Source: an uncultured Methanosarcinales archaeon | GTDB lineage: Archaea; Nanobdellota; Nanobdellia; Woesearchaeales; DATDXC01 | Direction: 5' to 3' | Length of the DNA: 44,003 nt | Assembly (NCBI GenBank): GCA_964510025.1 | Contig: CAZDZV010000003.1 | Location: 124,001-168,003 of the forward strand | Shown here: positions 10,205 through 18,811 of the stretch, piece after piece | Numbering within the stretch: position 1 is the first letter of the stretch | Layout of the letters: every line of letters begins with the position of its first letter | Program-made: the position numbers and the translations under genes | Notes under the pieces: generated by a model | What the model was told of the DNA's origin: nothing | Databases searched by the model: none | The model's input: only the letters and a program-made list of their open reading frames with translations

Positions 10205-10277
10205 GGGAGCGTGGCCAAGTGGCTAAGGCGATCGGCTGCAACCCGGTTATTCGTGGGTTCAAGTCCCACCGCTCCCT
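10205..10277 (+). tRNA. tRNA-Cys(GCA)
   Basis: Acceptor GGGAGCG/CGCTCCC, discriminator U, anticodon arm ATCGG-CT GCA AC-CCGGT, T arm GTGGG-TTCAAGT-CCCAC; CCA not encoded. Confidence 0.96.
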
Positions 10278-10286
10278 CTTTTAAAA

Positions 10287-12569
10287 ATGAAAAATATACT
10301 GAAACATATCGGAAACACGCCAATCGTGAAGATCAACCATCTGAACAGTAATAAGAATGTCAATATTTATGCCAAGCTGGAAGGGGTGAATCCAGGCGGC
10401 TCTATCAAAGACAGGATCGCCCTGAAGATGATAGAAGAGGCTGAAGCGCTCGGAAAATTAACTAAGGAAAAGACCATAATAGAGCCAACATCAGGGAACA
10501 CAGGGATTGGGCTATGTCTTGTGGCGGCAGTGAAGGGCTATAATATTGAGATTGTGATGAGCGAAGCTGTGAGCATCGAAAGAAGGAAGATGATGGAAGC
10601 ATTCGGGGCACATATACTGCTAAGTTCAGCTGAGGAAGGAACTGACGGTGCCATAAGGATGGCTCATGAGATGGTAAGGAGAAGCCCGGATAAATATTTC
10701 ATGCCTAACCAATTTGAAAATGAGAATAACTGGAAAGCACATTATGACGGTACAGCCAAGGAAATCGTTGAACAGCTGCCTGATATAGACTATTTTGTGG
10801 CTGGGCTTGGGACATCAGGCACACTGATGGGATGCAGCAGAAGGCTCAAGGAACATAATAGGAAGATAAAGATAATCGCAGCTGAACCAGTGGCAGGCCA
10901 TAAGATACAGGGCCTTAAAAGCCTGAAGGAAGCTGTGGTGCCGGCAATATATGATGATAAATGGATAGATGAGAAGATTATCGTGGAAACATCAGATGCA
11001 TATAATCTTTCCAGAGAACTTATGTCTAAGGAAGGCTTGTTTGTAGGTATGTCCTGCGGAGCTGCCCTTTACGCAGCCTTGAAAGTGGCTTCAAGAATCA
11101 AGAAGGGAAATATACTAGTTATCTTTCCAGATAGGGGAGAAAAGTATTTAAGCACAGCCCTTTTTATGAAAAACAGGATGGGATTAAAATTATTCAATAC
11201 CCTAAGCAGGCAAAAAGAGGATTTTGTCCCGATTGTGAAAGGACATGTTTCCATGTATAGCTGCGGTCCAACCGTATATGACTATGCACATATAGGGAAT
11301 TTCAGAAGCTTTATATTTTCAGACCTGCTTAAGAGATATCTTAGGTACAAGGGCTATAAGGTAACGCAGGTTATGAACATTACAGATGTTGATGACAAGA
11401 CCATACAGGGCAGCCAGAAAGAAGGTAAAAGCCTTAAGGCCTTTACTGACTTTTATACCAAGGAATTTTTTGAGGATTTTTCAACCCTAAACATCGAAAA
11501 ACCAGATATTGTGCCAAGAGCAACAAACACAATAGCTGATATGGTCACCCTTGTAAAGAGACTGATGGAGAAAGGGCTGGCATATAAGAGCAAGGACGGG
11601 AGCATTTATTTTGACATATCAAAATTCAAGGGATATGGAAAGCTCGCTCATGTCAAGATAAAAGAGCTTAAGCCAGGAGCAAGGGTGAAGCAGGATGAAT
11701 ACGATAAGGCATCTGCATCTGATTTTGCGCTGTGGAAAGCATATGATAAGAAAGACGGAGATGTATACTGGGAAACAGAGCTAGGAAAAGGAAGACCAGG
11801 ATGGCACATTGAATGCAGCGTCATGTCAACAAAAAATCTCGGAGAAAATTTTGATATACATACAGGGGGTGTTGACCTGATCTTTCCCCACCATGAGAAT
11901 GAGATTGCTCAAAGCGAAGGAGCTACAGGGAAGCCTTTCGTGAATTACTGGCTTCATTGTGAGCACTTGGTGGTTGAAGGAAAGAAGATGAGCAAGAGCC
12001 TTGGCAATTTCTATACCCTTAGAGACATACTGAAGAAAGGATATGGTGCAAGGGCAATAAGATACGAGCTGATATCCACCCATTACAAGCAACAGCTTAA
12101 TTTTACCTTTAAGGGCCTGGAATCATCTGAGAATGCTGTTGAAAGGCTGCAAGAATTTGCAGATAAACTCAGGTTCATCGATAATGAAAAGGAAAACAAA
12201 GGAGTTTCCCTGCTTATAGGGGAAGCAAAAGAGGCATTCGAGCAGAGCATGGATGATAACCTAAACATTTCTGAGGCGCTGGCAGCCATCTTCGAATTTG
12301 TAAAAAAAGTGAATAAGCTAAATGACAGGATAGGAAGGAAGAATGCAGAAGATATTGTTGGATTCCTAAAGAAAATAAATTCTGTGATCGGTGTTATTGA
12401 ATTTGAAAAGCAAGAACTATCTGAGGATATCCAGAAGAAGATTGATGAGCGGGAGGAAGCCAGGAAGAGGAAGGATTTTGGGAAGGCTGATGAGATAAGA
12501 GATGAGCTGAAAAAGAAAGGTATTGAGCTAAGAGATACGCCTGAGGGAGCCAGATGGAAGAGGGTTTAG
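10287..12569 (+). CDS. cysS: Fused PLP-dependent cysteine synthase (CysM/CysK-like, aa ~1-293) and cysteinyl-tRNA synthetase (aa ~298-760)
   Basis: N-terminal NPGGSIKDRIA, EPTSGNTGIG, GLGTSGT, FPDRGEKYLS; C-terminal CGPTVYDYAHIGN, GRPGWHIECS, FPHHENE, KMSKS; one uninterrupted frame. Confidence 0.93.
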   Translation: MKNILKHIGNTPIVKINHLNSNKNVNIYAKLEGVNPGGSIKDRIALKMIEEAEALGKLTKEKTIIEPTSGNTGIGLCLVAAVKGYNIEIVMSEAVSIERRKMMEAFGAHILLSSAEEGTDGAIRMAHEMVRRSPDKYFMPNQFENENNWKAHYDGTAKEIVEQLPDIDYFVAGLGTSGTLMGCSRRLKEHNRKIKIIAAEPVAGHKIQGLKSLKEAVVPAIYDDKWIDEKIIVETSDAYNLSRELMSKEGLFVGMSCGAALYAALKVASRIKKGNILVIFPDRGEKYLSTALFMKNRMGLKLFNTLSRQKEDFVPIVKGHVSMYSCGPTVYDYAHIGNFRSFIFSDLLKRYLRYKGYKVTQVMNITDVDDKTIQGSQKEGKSLKAFTDFYTKEFFEDFSTLNIEKPDIVPRATNTIADMVTLVKRLMEKGLAYKSKDGSIYFDISKFKGYGKLAHVKIKELKPGARVKQDEYDKASASDFALWKAYDKKDGDVYWETELGKGRPGWHIECSVMSTKNLGENFDIHTGGVDLIFPHHENEIAQSEGATGKPFVNYWLHCEHLVVEGKKMSKSLGNFYTLRDILKKGYGARAIRYELISTHYKQQLNFTFKGLESSENAVERLQEFADKLRFIDNEKENKGVSLLIGEAKEAFEQSMDDNLNISEALAAIFEFVKKVNKLNDRIGRKNAEDIVGFLKKINSVIGVIEFEKQELSEDIQKKIDEREEARKRKDFGKADEIRDELKKKGIELRDTPEGARWKRV

Positions 12570-13252
12570 TCTAGGGACATTCTCAAGTTTTGCAGCCCTT
12601 GCTCAAGCAGTCTATCTACATCATCAGCTGCTATCAGGTCTGCCTCTTTATCTTTGATTAAGCATTTGAGATAGGCTATATCTGGCTCTAGGAGTGATGT
12701 AACAAGCTGCCGGGCTTCTTCAAGATGTGCGTCTCTTAAAAGTGAATAAGCCTGGCGGTCAAGGAATTGTGACCTTAGATAAAATCTAGCAAATAAGAGA
12801 TCCTCTCTTTGTCCTGCAACAAGATCTCCTAAATCCGCTCCCAAAACTGCTACTAAAGCCTGATTTCCATCAATCCCCTGTAAAGCGGTTGCTACATCTG
12901 CTCGGAACACCTCAAACGCATCTCTAACGTCATCCGGAATATGAGACTGGTATGCCTGCATCAGCAGCTCGCTTAATCCATCATCAGATTCAACCTCTGG
13001 TCTCACTGATGGCACATACTTGACTTGATGTTCATTTCCTTGACAAGAGAATAGCTGAAACCCATAAGGAAGATTCTCAGCCCATGCTACCTGATTAGAA
13101 GGCTGTCTCCAAAAATCTGTGTCTCTATCAGAACTGAGAGTTGCGGTTGCTAACGGCGAGCCCAGCCCTATACCATAGAGACTAAGGCCAATGCTGCCCT
13201 CAAATGGATTGTCAGGTATATCTGTGGTGTAGTATACGACGCGCTGACCCAT
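12566..13252 (-). CDS. Hypothetical protein
   Basis: Long ORF; start moved to ATG 13252 (MGQRVVYY) to avoid overlapping the upstream gene; no family recognised. Confidence 0.65.
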   Translation of the reverse strand: MGQRVVYYTTDIPDNPFEGSIGLSLYGIGLGSPLATATLSSDRDTDFWRQPSNQVAWAENLPYGFQLFSCQGNEHQVKYVPSVRPEVESDDGLSELLMQAYQSHIPDDVRDAFEVFRADVATALQGIDGNQALVAVLGADLGDLVAGQREDLLFARFYLRSQFLDRQAYSLLRDAHLEEARQLVTSLLEPDIAYLKCLIKDKEADLIAADDVDRLLEQGLQNLRMSLD

Positions 13253-13310
13253 CCCAGTAATATGCTGGAAAGCTTTTTGTATCTTTTCTCGCGGAAACAA
13301 AATAAAACAC

Positions 13311-14795
13311 CTACCTTTGCAGCTGCAGGTGGAGCTGCCTGACCTGTTCTGTAAACGGTGCTGTGATGTCAAAATATCCTATTGTCTTGCCAACAACTTC
13401 AGGTCTCGTGGGGGGTTCTATTATCCTGGCTGCGTACAGTTCATAAAGCACATCATGCTGTTGAAGAGCGAATACATGGTCTATACCACCACCGCTGAAT
13501 ACAGGAGCATCCACAACAACAAAACAGTTTCCAGTGCCAAGCCGCTTATAGTCATCACCTATAATGCCGGCGCTTTTTAAGAGCTCAATCATCGTGCCTC
13601 CTGTGTCCCATATATCATCTCTTAAGACGACGATTTTTGAGCCTAATCTGGCGCTGATGTCAATTCCATGGCCTTCCATAGGCGTTATTGCTTCAATATG
13701 CTGCGCTTTTCCAGCCCTGTTTTTCTGGTATACAATCCAGGGGACCTCATAATCAGTTGGTATGCTTCCTCCCAATGAAGGATGATCCTTGAGTGCTTCG
13801 GTAAGATCCTGTGCAAAGAACCTTGTCTCTTCTTTTGAACCTTCATCAGGGCCAACAACAACCAGTTTTTCGACCAGCTCTGATGCGCCTCCAAACTGAT
13901 TTGCAAGCTTCTCGACCAACCTGTCAATATATTTCTGCCGCATATCCTGCTGTTCATATACCTCAACAATGCTGATTCCATTTTGCTCATAGAAGCTTAC
14001 CTGTCTATCGGAATGCTTTCTCCATGTGATTACCTGCGTAATACCAGCTAAGGACATCTGTTCAGCCCACCATCTTGATAGATTGCCTTCGCCGTAGGTT
14101 TTGTCCCTATCTGATCTGCCTTCTAAATATGGGATAGCCACACTAATGGAACGGGCTCTGTACTGATGCAGTGTTCTAGCAGTGATCATCAGCTCCTGCA
14201 TCTGGTCATTGAATGATCTTGGTTTTACAATCCTTTCAAGATGGCTCTGCACTGAGTGATGCGCTTCCCTATCACTGTCGAATTCATTCAGGCTCATTTC
14301 TGGGTGGGATGCAACAAAGCATTCCAGAGCCTCCCAAACATCGCGAAAGTAGGACCTATTTATCTGGCCCCGTTCATTGCCATTACCATAGACAGCACCT
14401 TTTCGAAAATACCCCTGCAGTCTTTTTCCCATACTCTTCCTGGCTGATTCTTCCTCTGTTATCTCTCCACTAAGCCTCGCCCTTATCAATTCTAAGGCAG
14501 CATAGTGAGCTGGTCTTTGCGAGAACGGATCTACAAGCCTTTGCGCCAGGACTACATGCGTATCATTGAGATGGCCTTCTGCACTTTCTTCTGTTATCAA
14601 AGGAAGATCATCATTGAAGCCCATTCTTTGCGCTTCTGATTCGGTAAATAGTTTGAAATTAATGGGCTCATCAGAATAGGTGAATGGAACACCTGCAATC
14701 CTAGCTAGCTGAATTCCGCTAGCCGCTGCCAAATTTGCCCTTATATGGTCTGCCAGATCTGTAGCAGACCTGCAGCCTTCTATTGCTAAATACAT
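13311..14795 (-). CDS. Divergent ribose-phosphate pyrophosphokinase (Prs)-like protein with large insertion
   Basis: NDQMQELMITARTL..RARSISVAIPYLEGRSDR, AGITQVITWRKHS, VVVGPDEG, KNR, DDIWDTGGTM, PVFSG correspond in order to Prs motifs. Confidence 0.75.
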   Translation of the reverse strand: MYLAIEGCRSATDLADHIRANLAAASGIQLARIAGVPFTYSDEPINFKLFTESEAQRMGFNDDLPLITEESAEGHLNDTHVVLAQRLVDPFSQRPAHYAALELIRARLSGEITEEESARKSMGKRLQGYFRKGAVYGNGNERGQINRSYFRDVWEALECFVASHPEMSLNEFDSDREAHHSVQSHLERIVKPRSFNDQMQELMITARTLHQYRARSISVAIPYLEGRSDRDKTYGEGNLSRWWAEQMSLAGITQVITWRKHSDRQVSFYEQNGISIVEVYEQQDMRQKYIDRLVEKLANQFGGASELVEKLVVVGPDEGSKEETRFFAQDLTEALKDHPSLGGSIPTDYEVPWIVYQKNRAGKAQHIEAITPMEGHGIDISARLGSKIVVLRDDIWDTGGTMIELLKSAGIIGDDYKRLGTGNCFVVVDAPVFSGGGIDHVFALQQHDVLYELYAARIIEPPTRPEVVGKTIGYFDITAPFTEQVRQLHLQLQR

Positions 14796-14890
14796 GATAC
14801 CCCCTTATTTACGATATAAATGCATAGTCATTTATAAATTTTACCATTGTAGAATGGTGAAAATTAGAAGCATAGTGTAAATTTCTATTG

Positions 14891-17323
14891 CTAAATCCTA
14901 ATATCCACTTCGAAGTCGATATCTGACTTTTTGTCTAGTCTTTCATAGGCTATATTTTCAGCTTTTGTAGCAGCGATTATATCCTCCTTGGCAAGCCCAA
15001 AATCCTGCTCAGATATTCTTCCCCTGACGACCAGCTCCTTTATAGGGCTCTTCAAGCTCATGTTTTTTTCTGATTTTGCCTGTCTTGATTTCTGGACTGC
15101 ATATATTGCTAGACTGCCTGTCTCATCTGCTTTTTTATCGCCCAGCACTGGACCAGGCCATTTTGAGATATGGATACTTTTTGATTTTTCCAGTGCTTTG
15201 AAGTAAAGCTGATATATCTCTTCAGTAATATGGGGCATGATAGGGGCCATCATCTTAAGTATAGCTAACAGGGCTGTATAAAGGCTGTATTGGCCACTTA
15301 GCCTGGCTTCCCTGCCTCTTTTGTCTGGATTATACAGCCTGTCTTTGGCTATTTCAAGATAATTATCGCAAAAATCATGCCAGAAAAAATTTTCAACATC
15401 TGCTTTTGTCTTGTTATATTCATATTTGGCAAAAGATTCTGTAGATGTCCTGATTATCTTGCTCAATTTAGATAATATCCATCTGTCGACTACCTCAAGC
15501 TTCCCTGGCTTCTGCAATTTGTAGTCTTCCAGATGCATAATAGCGAATTTAGATGCATTCCACAGCTTTGTGATAAATTTTTGGGCTGTTACAAGATCTT
15601 TTTCCTGGAACGGAAGGTCTTCTCCGAGTTTTGAACCGGCGGCCCAAAACCTTAAGGAATCTGCACAGTATTTCTCAATCATTTCTTGAGGCTCTACAAC
15701 ATTTCCCTTTGATTTCGACATCTTTCTGCCGTGCGGATCCTGGGCATGACCTGAAATTGCGACATCCTTCCATGGATTGATGTTGTTATGCAGCCTTGAC
15801 TTGACAACTGTATTAAAAAGCCAGAAGGTTATTATGTCATGCGCCTGAGGCCTTAGTGACATCGGGTATACCTTATTCTGAAGGCTTTTATCCACCAAGC
15901 CGGCAGCTATCTGGGGTGTCAATGATGATGTAGCCCATGTGTCTAGCACGTCCTTTTCAGGCAGAAAATCTTTCGCACCGCATTTTGGGCATTTGTCCAC
16001 AGGCGGCTTATCTTTTAAAGGATCCACAGGCAACTCCTTTTCACTGGCTAAGATGACTTCATCACAGTTTTTGCAATACCAAACCGGAAACGGAATTCCA
16101 AAATACCGTTGACGGGAAATCATCCAATCCCACTGCAGACCATCAACCCAGTGTTCGTACCTTGATTCCATAAATTTTGGATACCAGTTAAGCTCCTTTC
16201 CCCATCTTATCATATCATCCTTAAGGTCAAGGTATTTAATGAACCACTGTTTTGCCTTCAGATACTCTATCTCTGTTCCGCATCTTTCATGGACATTAAC
16301 AGCATGCTTGATTGGTTCCTGAGAGATGAGGAGCCTCGCGTCTTTGAGATCCTCGATGATCATCTTTCTTGCAGTCTGTATAGACATACCCTCATATTTT
16401 TTTGCCAGGCTTGTCATCTTTCCGTCTTGAGTTATGGCCAGCTTAATCGGCAGGTCATGAGCTTTCTGCCATTCCATGTCTGTCTGGTCACCAAATGTGC
16501 AGCACATAACTATTCCGGTACCTTTCTCAGGATCAGCCCGGGTATCGGGCATTATAGGGACCTTAAAATCAAACAGGGGCACAATAGCCATTTTTCCCTT
16601 GTATTTGCGGTATCTCTTATCATCGGGGTGGAAGAATATGGCTACACAGGCCGGAAGCAGCTCAGGCCTTGTTGTAGCGATGATCAGGTCCTGCAGATCG
16701 CCGTTTTCATCCTCTACCTTGAATACTATATCATTAAAGAAAGACTCAAGCTCCCTATCCTGGCATTCAACCTGGGAGATGCCTGTTTCGCATGCAGGAC
16801 ACCACATTGTCGGAGCATCTTTGCGATATTCCCTACCTTTCTTATACAACTCAATGAAAGAACGCTGGGAGATTTTTTGGGAATGCTTGTCTATCGTGTC
16901 ATAAAATATCTCGAAATCGCAGCTAAGTCCCAGCCTTTTCATGTCTGCAACATATTGCGGCTTAAGCTCCTTGTTGACGGTATCCAGACAGATCCTGGCA
17001 AATTTCTCTCTGCCCACCTCTTTTGCCTTTATGCCTTTCATCCTTTCAATAAGGCGTTCGGTAGGGACACCATTGTTGTCTGTGCCAAAAGGATAAAATA
17101 TGTTCTTGCCCAGCATCCTTTGAAACCTCACAAGGAAATCCTGCTGTGAATAGCTGAAGGAATGCCCCAGGTGCATCTTTCCTGAGATTGTCGGGGGCGG
17201 AGTGTCTACCGAATATACCTCTGACTTAGAGCTTGGGTCGAAGCTGAAAATTTTTTCCTTTTCCCAAAACTTCTGCCATTTGGGCTCTGATTCCTTCGGA
17301 TTGTAGCGTTTGGGCAATTTCAT
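14891..17323 (-). CDS. valS: Valyl-tRNA synthetase (archaeal type)
   Basis: DTPPPTISGKMHLGH, ATTRPELLPAC, GTGIVMCCTFGD, DWMISRQRYFG, KMSKSKGN; start reset to MKLPKRY at 17323, ~22 nt after TTTAAATA. Confidence 0.96.
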   Translation of the reverse strand: MKLPKRYNPKESEPKWQKFWEKEKIFSFDPSSKSEVYSVDTPPPTISGKMHLGHSFSYSQQDFLVRFQRMLGKNIFYPFGTDNNGVPTERLIERMKGIKAKEVGREKFARICLDTVNKELKPQYVADMKRLGLSCDFEIFYDTIDKHSQKISQRSFIELYKKGREYRKDAPTMWCPACETGISQVECQDRELESFFNDIVFKVEDENGDLQDLIIATTRPELLPACVAIFFHPDDKRYRKYKGKMAIVPLFDFKVPIMPDTRADPEKGTGIVMCCTFGDQTDMEWQKAHDLPIKLAITQDGKMTSLAKKYEGMSIQTARKMIIEDLKDARLLISQEPIKHAVNVHERCGTEIEYLKAKQWFIKYLDLKDDMIRWGKELNWYPKFMESRYEHWVDGLQWDWMISRQRYFGIPFPVWYCKNCDEVILASEKELPVDPLKDKPPVDKCPKCGAKDFLPEKDVLDTWATSSLTPQIAAGLVDKSLQNKVYPMSLRPQAHDIITFWLFNTVVKSRLHNNINPWKDVAISGHAQDPHGRKMSKSKGNVVEPQEMIEKYCADSLRFWAAGSKLGEDLPFQEKDLVTAQKFITKLWNASKFAIMHLEDYKLQKPGKLEVVDRWILSKLSKIIRTSTESFAKYEYNKTKADVENFFWHDFCDNYLEIAKDRLYNPDKRGREARLSGQYSLYTALLAILKMMAPIMPHITEEIYQLYFKALEKSKSIHISKWPGPVLGDKKADETGSLAIYAVQKSRQAKSEKNMSLKSPIKELVVRGRISEQDFGLAKEDIIAATKAENIAYERLDKKSDIDFEVDIRI

Positions 17324-17418
17324 ATGTATGTGGGGTACTGAAACATTATTTAAATTTTTGGGAAAAGCCGCAGATAGAAAGCTTTTTAAAGAAAATACTG
17401 TTTCCAAAGTCTTATGAT

Positions 17419-17540
17419 GGGGCTATGGGGTAGCTTGGAATCATCCTTTCCGCTTTGGGTTTTCTAACAAAAAAGCGGACGACCCCGGTTCAAAACAGCC
17501 CATAATGATCGTTGGGGCTATGAAAGTCCGGGTAGCCCCA
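17419..17540 (+). tRNA. tRNA-Pro(TGG) with two introns (17460-17473 at 37/38; 17495-17526 at 59/60)
   Basis: Acceptor GGGGCTA/TAGCCCC+A, anticodon stem TCCGC/GCGGA, T stem CCCGG/CCGGG; both inserts form bulge-helix-bulge motifs (TTTG/CAAA and TTCA/TGAA); mature length 76 nt. Confidence 0.9.
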
Positions 17541-17553
17541 TATCTAATACAAA

Positions 17554-17829
17554 ATGGCCAAACAAATCAATATCGGTTCTACTCGAAGATTCGGAGCTAG
17601 ATACGGCAGAAAGGTAAGAAAAAGGTTCGGCATTATCGAATCTGAACAGCGAAAGCTGCATAAATGCCCCTACTGCAGTGCTGTCAAGGCGAAAAGAAAA
17701 GCGGTAGGCATCTGGGAATGCAGGAAATGCGGCAGCAAATTTTCCGGCAAAGCCTATTCAATCAGGAAAAAAATTGCCTTCAAAGCTGAAGAAGAGCAGG
17801 AAGAGGCTCCTCAAGAGGAGGAACAATAA
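17554..17829 (+). CDS. rpl37ae: 50S ribosomal protein L37Ae (eL43)
   Basis: RFGARYGRKVR, CPYC...GIWECRKC; acidic C-terminal tail. Confidence 0.95.
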   Translation: MAKQINIGSTRRFGARYGRKVRKRFGIIESEQRKLHKCPYCSAVKAKRKAVGIWECRKCGSKFSGKAYSIRKKIAFKAEEEQEEAPQEEEQ

Positions 17830-17830
17830 A

Positions 17831-17968
17831 ATGGTAGAATACAAATGTTTTGAATGCAATAAGAAGGTCTCTGCAGATTATCTGCGTAAAAGGGTAAGGT
17901 GCCCTTACTGCGGAAGCAAGATTCTTTTCAAGTCGAGATCAATAGTTACTAAAGTAAGAGCAAGGTGA
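17831..17968 (+). CDS. rpoP: DNA-directed RNA polymerase subunit P (Rpo12)
   Basis: MVEYKCFECNK...VRCPYCGSKILFKSR; conserved position after rpl37ae. Confidence 0.92.
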   Translation: MVEYKCFECNKKVSADYLRKRVRCPYCGSKILFKSRSIVTKVRAR

Positions 17969-18306
17969 TCAGTTTGGCAGAGGTTTCAAAGGAAACAGAG
18001 CAGAAAATAAATCAGCTGCAAATGTATGAGCAAAGCATGCAAAGCCTGCTCATGCAGAAGCAGCAGTTCCAGTCAAAACTTGTGGAGATAGATTCTGCTT
18101 TGGCAGAGCTTGACAAAGCGAAAGATGCCTATAAAATAGTTGCCAACATCATGGTTTCCAGCGACAAAGATGAACTGAAAAAAGAACTAAGCTCCAAGAA
18201 GGAGTCCTCTGAGCTCAGAATAAAGACCATAGAAAAGCAAGAACAGAGGATAAAAGAGAAAGCAGAGAAGCTTCAGTCTGAAGTGATGAAAAGCATGGAA
18301 AAATGA
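17965..18306 (+). CDS. pfdB: Prefoldin subunit beta
   Basis: Coiled coil, AYKIVANIMV hairpin, coiled coil; conserved neighbourhood. Confidence 0.88.
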   Translation: MISLAEVSKETEQKINQLQMYEQSMQSLLMQKQQFQSKLVEIDSALAELDKAKDAYKIVANIMVSSDKDELKKELSSKKESSELRIKTIEKQEQRIKEKAEKLQSEVMKSMEK

Positions 18307-18548
18307 ATGTACAACTGACTGATGTAATTTCAGTTCTTAAGGATTTGGATGAGGATGCTACTGTACCCAAGAACATAAAAACCAAGATCAAGGAGATAAT
18401 GAATCTGCTGGCTTCTGAAGATGCAGAGATTTCTATCAAGGTCAATAAAGCCCTGAACCTGCTGGATGATATCGCTGACGATATCAACATCAAGTCATAC
18501 ACCAGGACGCAGATTTGGAATGCTGTAAGCCTGCTTGAGAAGGTCTAG
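18303..18548 (+). CDS. UPF0147 family protein
   Basis: EDATVPKNIK...LDDIADDINIKSYTRTQIWNAVSLLE. Confidence 0.85.
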   Translation: MNVQLTDVISVLKDLDEDATVPKNIKTKIKEIMNLLASEDAEISIKVNKALNLLDDIADDINIKSYTRTQIWNAVSLLEKV

Positions 18549-18811
18549 ACGATTCCGTCTTCCAGAAGCTCTCTTTCCTTTCTAAGGTAATCATCCAGGG
18601 TGATTTTATCTGTTATATAGTTGATCTGAAGCTGCTTCAGTGGCGTATCAACATACTCCAGGTTTATGGTGATCATCCCAAGATTTTCCGGCTTATCCTC
18701 CAGTTTTTCCACATAGCTTTTGCCCCAGTTCATGGTTATTGTTCCGATTACCAGAGCAAAAACCACAAGGATTATTGTGGAGGTAAGGGGAGATATAGCT
18801 TTTTTGTTCAT
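18545..18811 (-). CDS. Small archaeal pilin-like protein (class III signal peptide) with SHOCT-like C-terminus
   Basis: MNKKA/ISPL followed by a hydrophobic helix; C-terminal PLKQLQINYITDKITLDDYLRK. Confidence 0.65.
   Translation of the reverse strand: MNKKAISPLTSTIILVVFALVIGTITMNWGKSYVEKLEDKPENLGMITINLEYVDTPLKQLQINYITDKITLDDYLRKERELLEDGIV

Noticed and set aside
10077..10262. 61-aa minus-strand ORF over tRNA-Cys
   Set aside because: Antisense to the tRNA and the end of gcvH; spurious.
12566..14795. Possible mobile island (compositionally atypical ORFs near tRNA-Cys)
   Set aside because: No integrase, transposase, tRNA 3'-end duplication or terminal repeats were seen.
16289..17149. 286-aa plus-strand ORF
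   Set aside because: Antisense shadow of valS with no recognisable motifs.
17324..17407. 28-aa N-terminal extension of ValRS in the ORF track
   Set aside because: It spans the divergent promoters of valS and tRNA-Pro; ATG 17323 matches the expected N-terminus and TATA spacing.
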